Shown piece after piece: positions 30,307 through 40,591 of a stretch of 64,000 bases of DNA. The notes below the pieces were generated by a model, which worked only from the letters and a program-made list of their open reading frames with translations, made no database searches and was not told the DNA's origin. The translations under genes and the position numbers were made by a program. Source of the DNA: a virus (Duplodnaviria; Caudoviricetes); IMG/VR virus record IMGVR_UViG_3300021254_000033, positions 14,586 to 78,585 of that record; one strand, 5' to 3'. Within the stretch, counting starts at the first letter, position 1; every line of letters starts with the position of its first letter.

Positions 30307-32225
30307 AGCTTATTAACATCCTCCCATTCTCTCATTTTATATTCTGCATTACGAGGTTTACTCCAGGTTTTAATTGGTGTATAAAAGCCAACAATTCTAC
30401 TGTACTCTGTACTTACTGGTTTTCCACAAATAGGACAAACTTTGCCATAAAAAGCATGATTATTTTCACAGGCTTGAATTTTTGTATTAAAAGCAAAATA
30501 AGTAAGTCCCTGGTCTGCAATATATTCTGTTAATTTCCAAGCTTGCTCAAAATTCTTAAAAGGAGTTTCAATATTAAAATGCGCAATTGATCCACCATTA
30601 CAATAGGAATCAAATAAACTTGCAATACGAACTCTTTCTTTAAAAGTTGTCTTAATACCAAGAGGGATAAATTGATTTCCATAAAGTGGAAGATCATCCA
30701 CAGCGGTATCAGGATATAGAAGTTTATCAGCTTGCATCATTTTGCTTGCTGCCTGCTCTCCAGGAATTTGTTCAAGATTAATTTTATAATCTTTATCAAG
30801 AGCAAACTGGTCTTTCGTACGATGAATTACTTCAAAAATCTTTTTTCCAAAACGGTCAGCGTCTTCGGTATAATAAACATTACCAAAATCATCTTCTTTG
30901 GTGTATCCAAAGGTTTTCATTGTTTCATAAATTCCAATGATACCAACTGTATTATATAAATGCTCAAAATCAACTAATCCTTTTGAAAAATTTGGAAGTA
31001 GCCCTTTTTCAACATTTCTTTCAATGATATGTCTAATTACATCAAGAGCTTTACAATCTAATTCAACTATATCTCTTAATGCTACTAAATATTCTTGTTC
31101 AGTTTTATGTTCAAGTGCAATTCTGGCAAGATTTACAGTAGAAACTTTTACAGATCCCACTTTCAGCGCGGTGCCACCAATACTATTAAAATAGCCTAAA
31201 TCATCAATATTACTTTTTAATCTACAACAATTACTTAAACTGGTTACACTATCATCAATAAAAAGGTTTGAATCATTCCATTTCATATTATGTTTAATAC
31301 ACCACTTTGCAAAATCTTCATCTTCAAATTTATGGTCTTTTCGTAGAAGACTCATTGATAATACAGGAAAAGTAAACATATTATGAGAACGAATTTCACT
31401 TACAACTTCCATAAAAAGTTTTTGAAATTCTTTTATTTCACTAATAGAATCAATCATAAAGCTACCATCTGGGAACTCCGCGCCTCCAAAGAGTGCCTCC
31501 AAATATGGTTCATCAAATACTGAAACATTCGTAAAGGCACTTTGCATTCCATCACGCACATATGGTTGGTTAACTGCATAAATAAACCTCTGAATCTGCT
31601 GCCGAGCATAGTATTCATTATCCTTGGTAGCATAGCCATTCTTACAATCTTCTCTCCAAAAATAATACATATATGGAATTAGATTGGGTAAACCCACTGC
31701 CCCAGAGGATCGGTTTGAAGTAAAACTAATATACTCTTTTACAAAATCTATAAAAGTAGACAAATGTTTTGGAGGTTCAGCATTAAAGTTTTGTAAAAAG
31801 AATAATCCTTTTTCTGCTAAATCTTTTAAATCATAAGCAAAACAATAATGTAAAAATGTGGATGTATCTGCATCATGCATATATAATGCTTTTGACCACT
31901 CGGCGCGCAGCCATTCATTTGCTGTTTTAAATCCATATTTTTTATTAATTTCATAATAAATTTTATTGTAAGCAAGAAGTTTACGATGAGATTTAGGCAT
32001 TTCATTCATTAGTGTTCTCATGTCTTTTGTGCCTACATTTGCGTTCCCATCTACACTTGCATCTGCTACTGTTTCCGCATCAATAAAATTTGCAATAAAA
32101 TCTGTATATGAAAGTTGTTCATCTGCGAAACCATTTAAATGAGAAAATTCTTCTCCATATGTTTCAAGCATTTTATTATATTGAGTAGTAAAATTTTTAT
32201 TTAATTTAATATTTATTGTTGCCAT
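30303..32225 (-). CDS. nrdD: Class III anaerobic ribonucleoside-triphosphate reductase (no ATP-cone seen)
   Basis: SNCCRL, TVNL, C-terminal CENNH..CPIC and SRIVGFY glycyl-radical motif. Confidence 0.93.
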   Translation of the reverse strand: MATINIKLNKNFTTQYNKMLETYGEEFSHLNGFADEQLSYTDFIANFIDAETVADASVDGNANVGTKDMRTLMNEMPKSHRKLLAYNKIYYEINKKYGFKTANEWLRAEWSKALYMHDADTSTFLHYCFAYDLKDLAEKGLFFLQNFNAEPPKHLSTFIDFVKEYISFTSNRSSGAVGLPNLIPYMYYFWREDCKNGYATKDNEYYARQQIQRFIYAVNQPYVRDGMQSAFTNVSVFDEPYLEALFGGAEFPDGSFMIDSISEIKEFQKLFMEVVSEIRSHNMFTFPVLSMSLLRKDHKFEDEDFAKWCIKHNMKWNDSNLFIDDSVTSLSNCCRLKSNIDDLGYFNSIGGTALKVGSVKVSTVNLARIALEHKTEQEYLVALRDIVELDCKALDVIRHIIERNVEKGLLPNFSKGLVDFEHLYNTVGIIGIYETMKTFGYTKEDDFGNVYYTEDADRFGKKIFEVIHRTKDQFALDKDYKINLEQIPGEQAASKMMQADKLLYPDTAVDDLPLYGNQFIPLGIKTTFKERVRIASLFDSYCNGGSIAHFNIETPFKNFEQAWKLTEYIADQGLTYFAFNTKIQACENNHAFYGKVCPICGKPVSTEYSRIVGFYTPIKTWSKPRNAEYKMREWEDVNKL

Positions 32226-32226
32226 T

Positions 32227-32445
32227 TTATTCCCCCTGTTTGTTAATCCATTCTATAGCCTTACTAAAATTTAACAATGGCTCTTCATCAATCTTCATCA
32301 TTGGCACAGCAGTTATTCCAAGACGTTCCATTTCTTCAATGTCATTAATTAAATTATACTCTGTAATTCCCATACCTTCTAATTTTTTTAAAAGAATACG
32401 ACATCTTGGACAACCTGTTGAATAAATTGTAATCAAATCTATCAC
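32227..32445 (-). CDS. Glutaredoxin/NrdH-like protein
   Basis: IYSTGCPRC and AVPMM (cis-Pro) motifs. Confidence 0.8.
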   Translation of the reverse strand: MIDLITIYSTGCPRCRILLKKLEGMGITEYNLINDIEEMERLGITAVPMMKIDEEPLLNFSKAIEWINKQGE

Positions 32446-32633
32446 TCCTCCTGTTTATAGCAAAATTCGCAAAAACCATTTACAAAATGATGCTCACATT
32501 GTTTCTGTAATTCACTATTTTCTTTTAAAAGATCTGCTATAGTGTTGTTTAAAACAAATTGTCCTGGAGACATCATATCTTCAATTAATTTATTATTAAA
32601 ATTAATTTTCTCATGAATTTCTAGGTTTGTCAT
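32442..32633 (-). CDS. Small Cys/His (Zn-binding?) protein
   Basis: CEHHF..CEFC C-terminus. Confidence 0.5.
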   Translation of the reverse strand: MTNLEIHEKINFNNKLIEDMMSPGQFVLNNTIADLLKENSELQKQCEHHFVNGFCEFCYKQEE

Positions 32634-33742
32634 TATATCAATTTTCCTCCTACTAATTCCACTTTATTTCTTTCGTAGAATTCTTTAAATAAATTAGGAT
32701 AATTTTCTGCTACATAAAAGAAAAGAGTTTTTGCTTTTTCTTTTTTTATTACATTTTGAAATCCCGTAGTGGTTTCGGTTTTTAATAATCTACAATATCT
32801 ATATAAGGCATCTGTTATATCATAATTTTGATAAAAATTATTATATGCAGAAAACAACCGAATCAAATCTACGGTTTCTTGCGTAAGTAGAAAATTATCA
32901 CTAACGTCAAGTAAAATTTTTATATGATTGTTACAACAAAAGATGACCTGCCTAAAAATTTGTAATAATTCCTCTTCTAAAAAATGGTTAGCCGTGGACG
33001 AGGACGGGTAAGGGGAATAAATTATATGTAGTCCACGAATTTCTTTTGAGTAATTTGCCAAAGCGAAAAAATCTTCATCATTTAAAATCGTTGTTATTCT
33101 AAAATTTCCATATGATGATAATTGAATTTTTCGCCAATCTTCAAATTGTTTTAAATTTTTACAGCGAATAGGATATTTTGTTGCTAATCTAGTATTTTTA
33201 TTTTCATATTTAAGATTATAAAGTCCTTCTTCTATTACCACCCGCGCGCCTTCAACATTACTTAAATCATAATCATGTAAAAATAAAACATTTCTACTCC
33301 CCAATCTTTTTGTTTGGTCAATAAAGTATGGAGAAATATGTTTTTCATCAAGAGAAAGTCGTAGGTGTGCAGCATTTTTTAAAGTTATAAAAGCTAAAGT
33401 ATTATTTTTTAATTCATCTTCAAATAAATGTTTATACGGCAAATAAATACTAAAGTCCGCATCACAAGCCTCTATATCTTGTGCAAGAGGATGATATTTA
33501 TTATAAGAAAAAGCTAAACCACCATATTGAATATTATGATATTCACTTATTTCTTTTGGAAAAGTTCCATCATAATAATCTTTTCGTAGAAAAAATTGAG
33601 AATAACGGTCAGGTGAAATAGAGGGAGATAATACCACTATCTCCCTTTTTCTTTTATAATAAGTTGCTAATTTCATTAGTTCCAAGTTTGGAATTGTTTG
33701 ATGATATTTAAAAAAATCTTCGTCATAAAGTCCGATTGACAT
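32633..33742 (-). CDS. Hypothetical protein, possibly a degenerate radical-SAM family member
   Basis: N-terminus IGLYDED..PNLELMKLATYYK resembles phage IGLIDVD..PNLALMK proteins; no CxxxCxxC; TAATG-coupled to dnaE. Confidence 0.4.
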   Translation of the reverse strand: MSIGLYDEDFFKYHQTIPNLELMKLATYYKRKREIVVLSPSISPDRYSQFFLRKDYYDGTFPKEISEYHNIQYGGLAFSYNKYHPLAQDIEACDADFSIYLPYKHLFEDELKNNTLAFITLKNAAHLRLSLDEKHISPYFIDQTKRLGSRNVLFLHDYDLSNVEGARVVIEEGLYNLKYENKNTRLATKYPIRCKNLKQFEDWRKIQLSSYGNFRITTILNDEDFFALANYSKEIRGLHIIYSPYPSSSTANHFLEEELLQIFRQVIFCCNNHIKILLDVSDNFLLTQETVDLIRLFSAYNNFYQNYDITDALYRYCRLLKTETTTGFQNVIKKEKAKTLFFYVAENYPNLFKEFYERNKVELVGGKLI

Positions 33743-36700
33743 TATTCTTCACCTGTTCTTGCATATGTTTTAATATCCCCTTCTTCTGTTACCTCAGTTA
33801 TTTTTTCCACCAAATGCCAAGGTGTCCGAGAATATTTTTTTGCCTGAAAATCATTTTCTCTTCTAATACCAGTAATAATAAGTTTATTTCCTCTTTGAAA
33901 CATACTCTTTTCAATTACGTGTTTTTTACCATCGGCTCCGCGCTCACTAATTTGTCTATCATAATAAGTGAATACAGCTCCATAAATTTTAACCGTTACA
34001 ACACCTGTTTTTGTTAATAATGTGATACTTTTTCTTGATTTATCTTTATCTAATACTGTACCGATAATACGATGAATCTTAAATAAAGGAATTCTTTTTC
34101 CTTTTATATTAATAAAACGATCAACATCAGGCTCTTCACTAAGACTAAAAAAGTCTGAAAAACCATATTTCTCTTCATTCACTACCGCTAATTCATGTTC
34201 ATGAGAATAATATGAAACTGAATCCATTTCCCATTTACTTAAATTACCTAAACAATATTTATCCCAGGTATCTTTCATTAAACGGCTATTAACAGCTTCC
34301 AATAATTCAGCATTATGTTCTTTTACATAAGGACGTATAATATCCATCTGCTTTTTATAAATATTATCCCAGAACGTTTGTTTAATTTTGAATCCACTTT
34401 CTGTTTCCGCTGAAGATTCTAAATCATCTAAATCAAAAAATTTCTCATAAAAAGATAATCCAACATTATCTATTCCATAATAAGTATTATCTAATTTTTG
34501 TTTTTTAACATATTTGTTAAAATTATAAACACGTTTTTGTAAGTCATACTCATAAGGAATTAATCCAAAATCAATTAACATCTTCATATTTTGAAGAGTT
34601 ATTCTTTTCTTTTGGTCACTAATTGATGCAACGTATTTTTTCATTATCTCTTCTCTATCACCGAGAAAATCAAACGCCCCACTTTTAATTAAGTTTATAA
34701 CTTGAGGCTTTGTAATTTTTACCTTATTGGTTAAATCTTCTACTGAATTATACGGCCGCGCGCTCAGAATGTTTTTTACAACTTCATCTCCAACTTTACT
34801 AATACCACTTAATCCATAACGAATTGTATTGTGTTCAAGGTCTGGAGAAAAAGTATAAGTTGATTTATTAATGTCCGGCGGAGCAATTTGAATTCCCGCC
34901 ATTCTCATTTTTCCAATCGCAGTGGCAATCTTTCCATAATTCGTAGTTTTTTGTTTTTTCTTTTTTACAGTTTTACTTTCTTCTTCCTCATCATCTTCGC
35001 TTTCTTCATATTCAGCTCCAAAATCAACCATTTCGTCATAACACGTCGAATCTTCAATGTACTCTTCTTCCACTACTGAATCTTCTTCTATCCCACCGCT
35101 ATCACTAATTAAACAAGCACAATTCCAGAAAATTAATGGGTAACGATAAGCCAAATTCATTTCCTGAAGAGCGATTAATGAGTAAGCAAGAGTATGAGAT
35201 TTATTAAATCCATATCCTCTACTATATGCTACCAAAACTTGCCAAACATATCTACATAAATTTTTACTTAATCCTTTCTCTCTCATATTCGCATAATATT
35301 CTTCAGTTAATTTATCATATTCTGCAGGATTCTTTTTTGCGATAGATTTACGCAATCTATCTGCCCATGTTAAATCAAATCCTCCACATTCTGGTATCTG
35401 AACAAGTGTCATAAAACCTTCTTGACTTTCGCAAATACCATATGATAAATCTAATTCTTTATGCAGAATACTTTTTTCTTCCTCAGTTAATCCCCATTTT
35501 TCCATTTCCTCATTCCATAACTCAGGATTATTTTTAAATCTGGCAAATTTACTCAGCGGCTGCTCTGCCCCTCTTTCTTGCGCCATTAATCGAATTACAG
35601 AATTTAAAGTTGCCAAATCATCTACAGAAGATGGTTTTGCTAACGCTATCCCCTGAACTCCACTTTGCTGCTCCATTTGAAATAATGAAAAAATTTCATG
35701 ATTCCAAACCATTTTCCACATATTCGGGTCATCACGCTCAAGATTATAAATACCTACTACTGATTCATATGTTTCTCTCAAAGTGGATTTGCGTTCTACT
35801 AATCCGTTATCACATAACAAATCAAGACAAGTATGAATTTTATCCATAGCTTCAACTGATAATGCGTCATACTTAATTAAACTTACCGCTTCATCATCAT
35901 GAAGATCAAAGGCTGTAATAATAGTTCCATCTGGCGACCGCATTAATCCAGTGGAATTTGTAAAAGGTTCATCAACGAAAATAACTCCACCTGCGTGCGC
36001 GCCCAGTCTATTAACTAATCCTTCAATTTTTCGAGCTACTGTCCAAAGTTCAGGATAATTTTCTGTCATTTCAATTACAAATTGCTTAATTGGAGTGAAC
36101 CCACTTTCTTTATCACCGTACATACATTGATCCAATGTACGCACTAATCCTCTATCTGATGGAATTAAGGAAGAAATGTATGAAGCAATATCAACATCAA
36201 TTCCTAATCCTCTCGCAGCAGTTAATATTGCTGACTTTGATTTTTCAGTTCCAAAGGTTGCAACATTTGATACTCTATCATTACCATATACTTCTCTAAA
36301 TTTATTTAAAACAGTTGCTCTCCGCCCGCCTTCAATATCAAAATCTACATCCAATACAGATACACGATTTGGATTGAGAAAACGCCATGAAAAAGTTTTT
36401 GTTTTTTCTTTTAAAGGATTAATTTGAGTAATATCTAAAACATATAATAAAATAAAACCTACTCCAGAGCCTCTACCTGGTCCTACAATACTACCAGCAT
36501 CCCAACACACGTCAATAATATGTTGAAGATTTAAAATATAAGAAGACCAGCTTGCATTATTTACTTTTGAAGAAATTTTAATCATTTCAAGATTAGAATT
36601 AATTTCATTATATGCTTCTTCATTCTGTAAATCCGAATGTTTTTTAATTCCATCAATAATTTTATAAACCAAATAATAGTCACCTTTATCTTCTGATTTT

Positions 36701-37736
36701 ATAAAATCATTAAACATTGGAATTTTTTGACACCATTCATTTAGCTCTTTTTCTGTAATTTCATTATCTATTTTATTCCAAGTTAAAGTCGGGATTTTTA
36801 ATGATTTATTTAAATCGTAATCTTCACAACTATCAAAAATCCCTTGGATTGTTTTATATGCTTTTTCTAATTCTTCTTTTGACAAATAAGAAAAATATTT
36901 TTCTAATTCTTCTGTATTCATCATATAAGTTGAAGCATAAAAATCATCTACTTCTCTTTCTCCGTTTTGAGAATTGAGAAAAGCTTTATGAACAAATCTA
37001 TCATCTTTTTCTAAATAATGACTATCAGTCGTGATAATATATGGAATATCATACTCTTTTGAATGTTCAATTAACCATTTATTTACAAAGATTTGTTCTT
37101 CATTAAAACTTGGTTGCATCTCAAAAAAGAAGTTCCCGTGACCAAAAACTTCATCCATTTGAGTAATCCAAATTTTTATTTTTTCATATAACTCATTATC
37201 TTTTGTATCTCTCCAACGTAATAATTGTGTTGGGAGCGCGCCGCCTAAACAAGCAGTTGATCCAATTACATGACCTGGGTTTGCTCCAATTATATCAATC
37301 AAATCTTGATAATAAGTTGGAACTCTTCTCATACCACGAGCCATATAACTTCTCATCCAGGCGCGAGTAGATATTTCTCTAATTTGCTGATGACCAATCG
37401 CATCTTTAGCCAACAAAATAAAATGAAAGTATCTATCTACTCCTGATACAAAATTATTATTATTAAGACCATTTCGAGTTAAATAAATCTCATTACCTAA
37501 AACAACCTTAAAATTTGGGTGTTCTTTTTTAATTTTTTTATAATAATTTAATACTTTAATTGAATTACTAATACATTCATGATCAGTAATTGCTATACCA
37601 GAATGTCCAAGTTTAATAGCATAATCAATTAATTCATTTTCTTTTATAATACAGTCACGTAAACGAATATTACTAAATTGTGTATGGCTCCCTAATTATG
37701 AAGACTTCCGGGATATTCTTTAATCATAGTCTTCAT
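33742..37736 (-). CDS. dnaE: DNA polymerase III alpha subunit, frame broken by 8 nt (37687-37694) in the PHP motif
   Basis: MKTMIKEYPGSLHN then TAG; in another frame HTQFS..AITDH..GNEIY..HFILLAK continues without stops into 33742-37416; GPGRGS, DVDFD, HAGGV, YGFNKSH motifs. Confidence 0.9.
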
Positions 37737-37786
37737 TATTATCATCACCACCTTTCTTAAACTCTTTATCATTATCTTATATAATA

Positions 37787-37815
37787 ATTATACTATAAAT
37801 ACAGAAAAAAATCAA
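37787..37815 (-). promoter_or_regulatory. sigmaA-type promoter for dnaE
   Basis: TTGATT-N17-TATAAT. Confidence 0.8.
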
Positions 37816-37817
37816 GT

Positions 37818-39542
37818 TTAAAATCCAAATTTATTATCTTCTATTTGATATGCATCAATAAAAATTTGCGGAGTTTCTACTCCCATCCAACTATTTATAT
37901 TGGTTCTCCCTACTAAGTTCATCTTTATTTCATCATACTGCCCCAGTTCTTCAATTAAATCTTTCGCATGAAATTTCATATATGCAATACCAAATTTAGT
38001 AATCTTTAATGTGTCAGAATTTTTACCCATAATTTGGTAATCATCCCTTGTGATATTTAAATCGTGAATAAAAATTATTGGTTCTGGAGTATCTTGTCCC
38101 CAGCATTCTTCATATTTTCCTAAATCAAAAACTATATCCTGAATATCCTTATCTGCCGCAGAACGAACAAAATTTACTTCGTAAACCCCTTCTCCAAAAT
38201 CAATATCAGCTAGCTTATTATTAGCCCACTCATGAAAATTAAATAAATCTTTATCTGGGATAGAGCATCCAAAGGCATTATCATGCCCAGCAGTATATTC
38301 AAACATTTTACTTTCGTCTAAGAAATTTTTAAAAGAATCTAAAGCACTCTGATTCAAACCTCTCGCACTTCCTCTAACATACCCTTCATCATTTAACCTG
38401 GCTACAATAGTAGGCTTTTTAAATTTTGCTGCCAGCCGCATGGCACATAATCCATTCAACTCCGCAGGAAAATCATCTTCATCTTCTAACCGAATAAAAA
38501 GAATTTTATTTTCTAATAAATCATATTTAAATACTTTGGATTCTAATTTTACCATTGCATTATCCAATAATCTATTTTGTTTTGCTCTTGCATTGGTACA
38601 CTCTCTTACACTTTCAATCGCAGCATATTCCAATGTTCCTTTTGCACCACGTTTATTGGATGGAATTTTTTTCGTACCATCAACAAAAGCCATATATAAT
38701 CTTTCTTTTTCTTCCATAGTTCCAACTCTAATCATCGCATTAATCAAGGGAACAACATAGAAAGCCACTGTAATTGGATTAACCTTTCCTCCTGTCGAAT
38801 AACTTTGTTTATCTAAAACTGATTTAAAGAAGAAGTTTTTAATATTAGCTAATCCAGTTTTTGAAATATATCTATTTTCAATTTGAACCATTGAACCCAT
38901 ATCGCCAATGATACCTAATGCAGCTAAATCAATAAAATTATCTGCGAAATCTACTTCATATAAAGAATCTAAAACTCTGCAAAATTGATAAACCACTCCC
39001 GCGCCCGTTAAATCTTTATTTGGGTATCGTGAAGATAGTTGGTTATTTATAATTATTGCATTATCACTTAATGGAGTGTCTGTAATATGATGATCAAGAA
39101 CTAAACAAGGTAGATTAATTTCTTTTAACTGATCATGATATACCCCATCATTACTACTTGAGTCTGGGAGAATAATAAGACTATAGTTTTCTTGGTTATC
39201 TAAAATTTTATCAATATGGTCTTGAAGTCCATGCTGTTTATTCTCATGTAAAATATAATCAATTTCAATGGAGTTATCTATACAATGAATATACTGGTGC
39301 ATAATCGCTGCAGAAGTGAAGCCATCACAATCACTATCTACCACAATTAAAATTTTTCCCTTATTTTTTATTGTGTTCATTAGTAATTCCGCGCCCCGTG
39401 TTATATTATCAAATAATAGAGGGTCATTAAGACATTTTTTTGAAGGGGTTAGAAATTCATCTAAATCCATTACTCCTCTCGCTTTTAACAGCTCGCTTCC
39501 ATAATTCTTTTGAAAGTTTTCATTTACTAATTTAATCTGCAT
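37818..39542 (-). CDS. recJ: RecJ-like DHH ssDNA exonuclease
   Basis: DSDCDG, LPD, DHH, D..ALGIIGD, RGSAR, AGHDNAFG motifs. Confidence 0.9.
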   Translation of the reverse strand: MQIKLVNENFQKNYGSELLKARGVMDLDEFLTPSKKCLNDPLLFDNITRGAELLMNTIKNKGKILIVVDSDCDGFTSAAIMHQYIHCIDNSIEIDYILHENKQHGLQDHIDKILDNQENYSLIILPDSSSNDGVYHDQLKEINLPCLVLDHHITDTPLSDNAIIINNQLSSRYPNKDLTGAGVVYQFCRVLDSLYEVDFADNFIDLAALGIIGDMGSMVQIENRYISKTGLANIKNFFFKSVLDKQSYSTGGKVNPITVAFYVVPLINAMIRVGTMEEKERLYMAFVDGTKKIPSNKRGAKGTLEYAAIESVRECTNARAKQNRLLDNAMVKLESKVFKYDLLENKILFIRLEDEDDFPAELNGLCAMRLAAKFKKPTIVARLNDEGYVRGSARGLNQSALDSFKNFLDESKMFEYTAGHDNAFGCSIPDKDLFNFHEWANNKLADIDFGEGVYEVNFVRSAADKDIQDIVFDLGKYEECWGQDTPEPIIFIHDLNITRDDYQIMGKNSDTLKITKFGIAYMKFHAKDLIEELGQYDEIKMNLVGRTNINSWMGVETPQIFIDAYQIEDNKFGF

Positions 39543-40587
39543 TAATTATTACTCTCCTTTTCAACAATTTTTCAAAAGTTTCTTCCCCTTTATCAACTGG
39601 GCTATCTTTCATATCTAATAAATTATCTACGTCATATATAAAAGAAAAATTACCATATAAAGAATACTTTTTACATATTTTATATAACTTTGTAAAATAC
39701 TTATCTTCTCCAGGTTTTTCTTCCTTATCAAAACAAATTATAAAATTTCTAGGATTACATTCTTTAATTAATAAATTAATTTGAAACTTATTCAGCGCGC
39801 TGCCGCACACAGCTACTGAACAATTTAACTGATTAAAATCTTCAAATTTTAATACGCTTTTTTCACTTTCAAAAATAAAAACATTTCCAGTTTTTTTAAT
39901 ATTTTCTTTTGTTTTATTTAAACCATAAAGATTTAAACCTAATTTATGAGTATACCATTTTTTTTCTACTTGTACTGGCATATACTTGCCTAAATTTTCT
40001 ATTTCCCATTCATTTAAAGCTCTTCCTCTAATTCCAACTAAATTATTATCTGCATCGTAATGAGGAATTATTATTTTATTTTGAGAAAGAGAAAAACGTA
40101 TATTATATTTATCCATTGTTTCTTTCGAGATACCTTCTTCAATCCATTGCTCTGGATAAATCTTAAAAAAGACGTTAAGTACACCTTCATTGAATTTTGG
40201 CAAATTAATTTCTCGATTTTTCTTTTTGTAGTTATCTCTTAATTGATGATAAGATGTACTACTTTCTAATTTTCTAAAATTAGAACAATCTAAAATTGGT
40301 AGATATACATCCTTATACCAATCATATTCCTGCCCTCGCGCGTCATATATATGCTCCAACAATTTAAAAATAGACTGTCCGCCGCATTCGGTGTAACAAA
40401 AAAATAAATGAGTATCTTTATAATAATATAATTTTAAAGAAGATTCTGATGGATTGCTATTATGACAAATAGTAGGAAAAATAATTGCATTTTCAGTATC
40501 TTTATAATCTACTACTCCAAAATGCCTCATGAGTTGAATTACATCTTCATCTCTTAAATTGTCTATAATACCTTTATAATCAATCAT
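39532..40587 (-). CDS. DNA primase (DnaG-type Toprim)
   Basis: N-terminal CH..CxxxC Zn site; IPHYD..GIRGR; IFESEKS; ICFD. Confidence 0.85.
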   Translation of the reverse strand: MIDYKGIIDNLRDEDVIQLMRHFGVVDYKDTENAIIFPTICHNSNPSESSLKLYYYKDTHLFFCYTECGGQSIFKLLEHIYDARGQEYDWYKDVYLPILDCSNFRKLESSTSYHQLRDNYKKKNREINLPKFNEGVLNVFFKIYPEQWIEEGISKETMDKYNIRFSLSQNKIIIPHYDADNNLVGIRGRALNEWEIENLGKYMPVQVEKKWYTHKLGLNLYGLNKTKENIKKTGNVFIFESEKSVLKFEDFNQLNCSVAVCGSALNKFQINLLIKECNPRNFIICFDKEEKPGEDKYFTKLYKICKKYSLYGNFSFIYDVDNLLDMKDSPVDKGEETFEKLLKRRVIINAD

Positions 40588-40591
40588 TTAT

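Noticed and set aside
34950-35110. Intein or intron in the acidic insertion of DnaE; inteins in DnaB, GyrA/B or NrdD
   Set aside because: The insertion is short, low-complexity and Glu/Asp-rich, with no C/S start, HN end or LAGLIDADG motifs; the other proteins are of ordinary length.
37692-37694. TAG reassignment (alternative genetic code) as the explanation for the dnaE break
   Set aside because: The downstream coding region is in a different frame (8-nt offset), and other genes are long and intact under code 11; no suppressor tRNA is present in the window.
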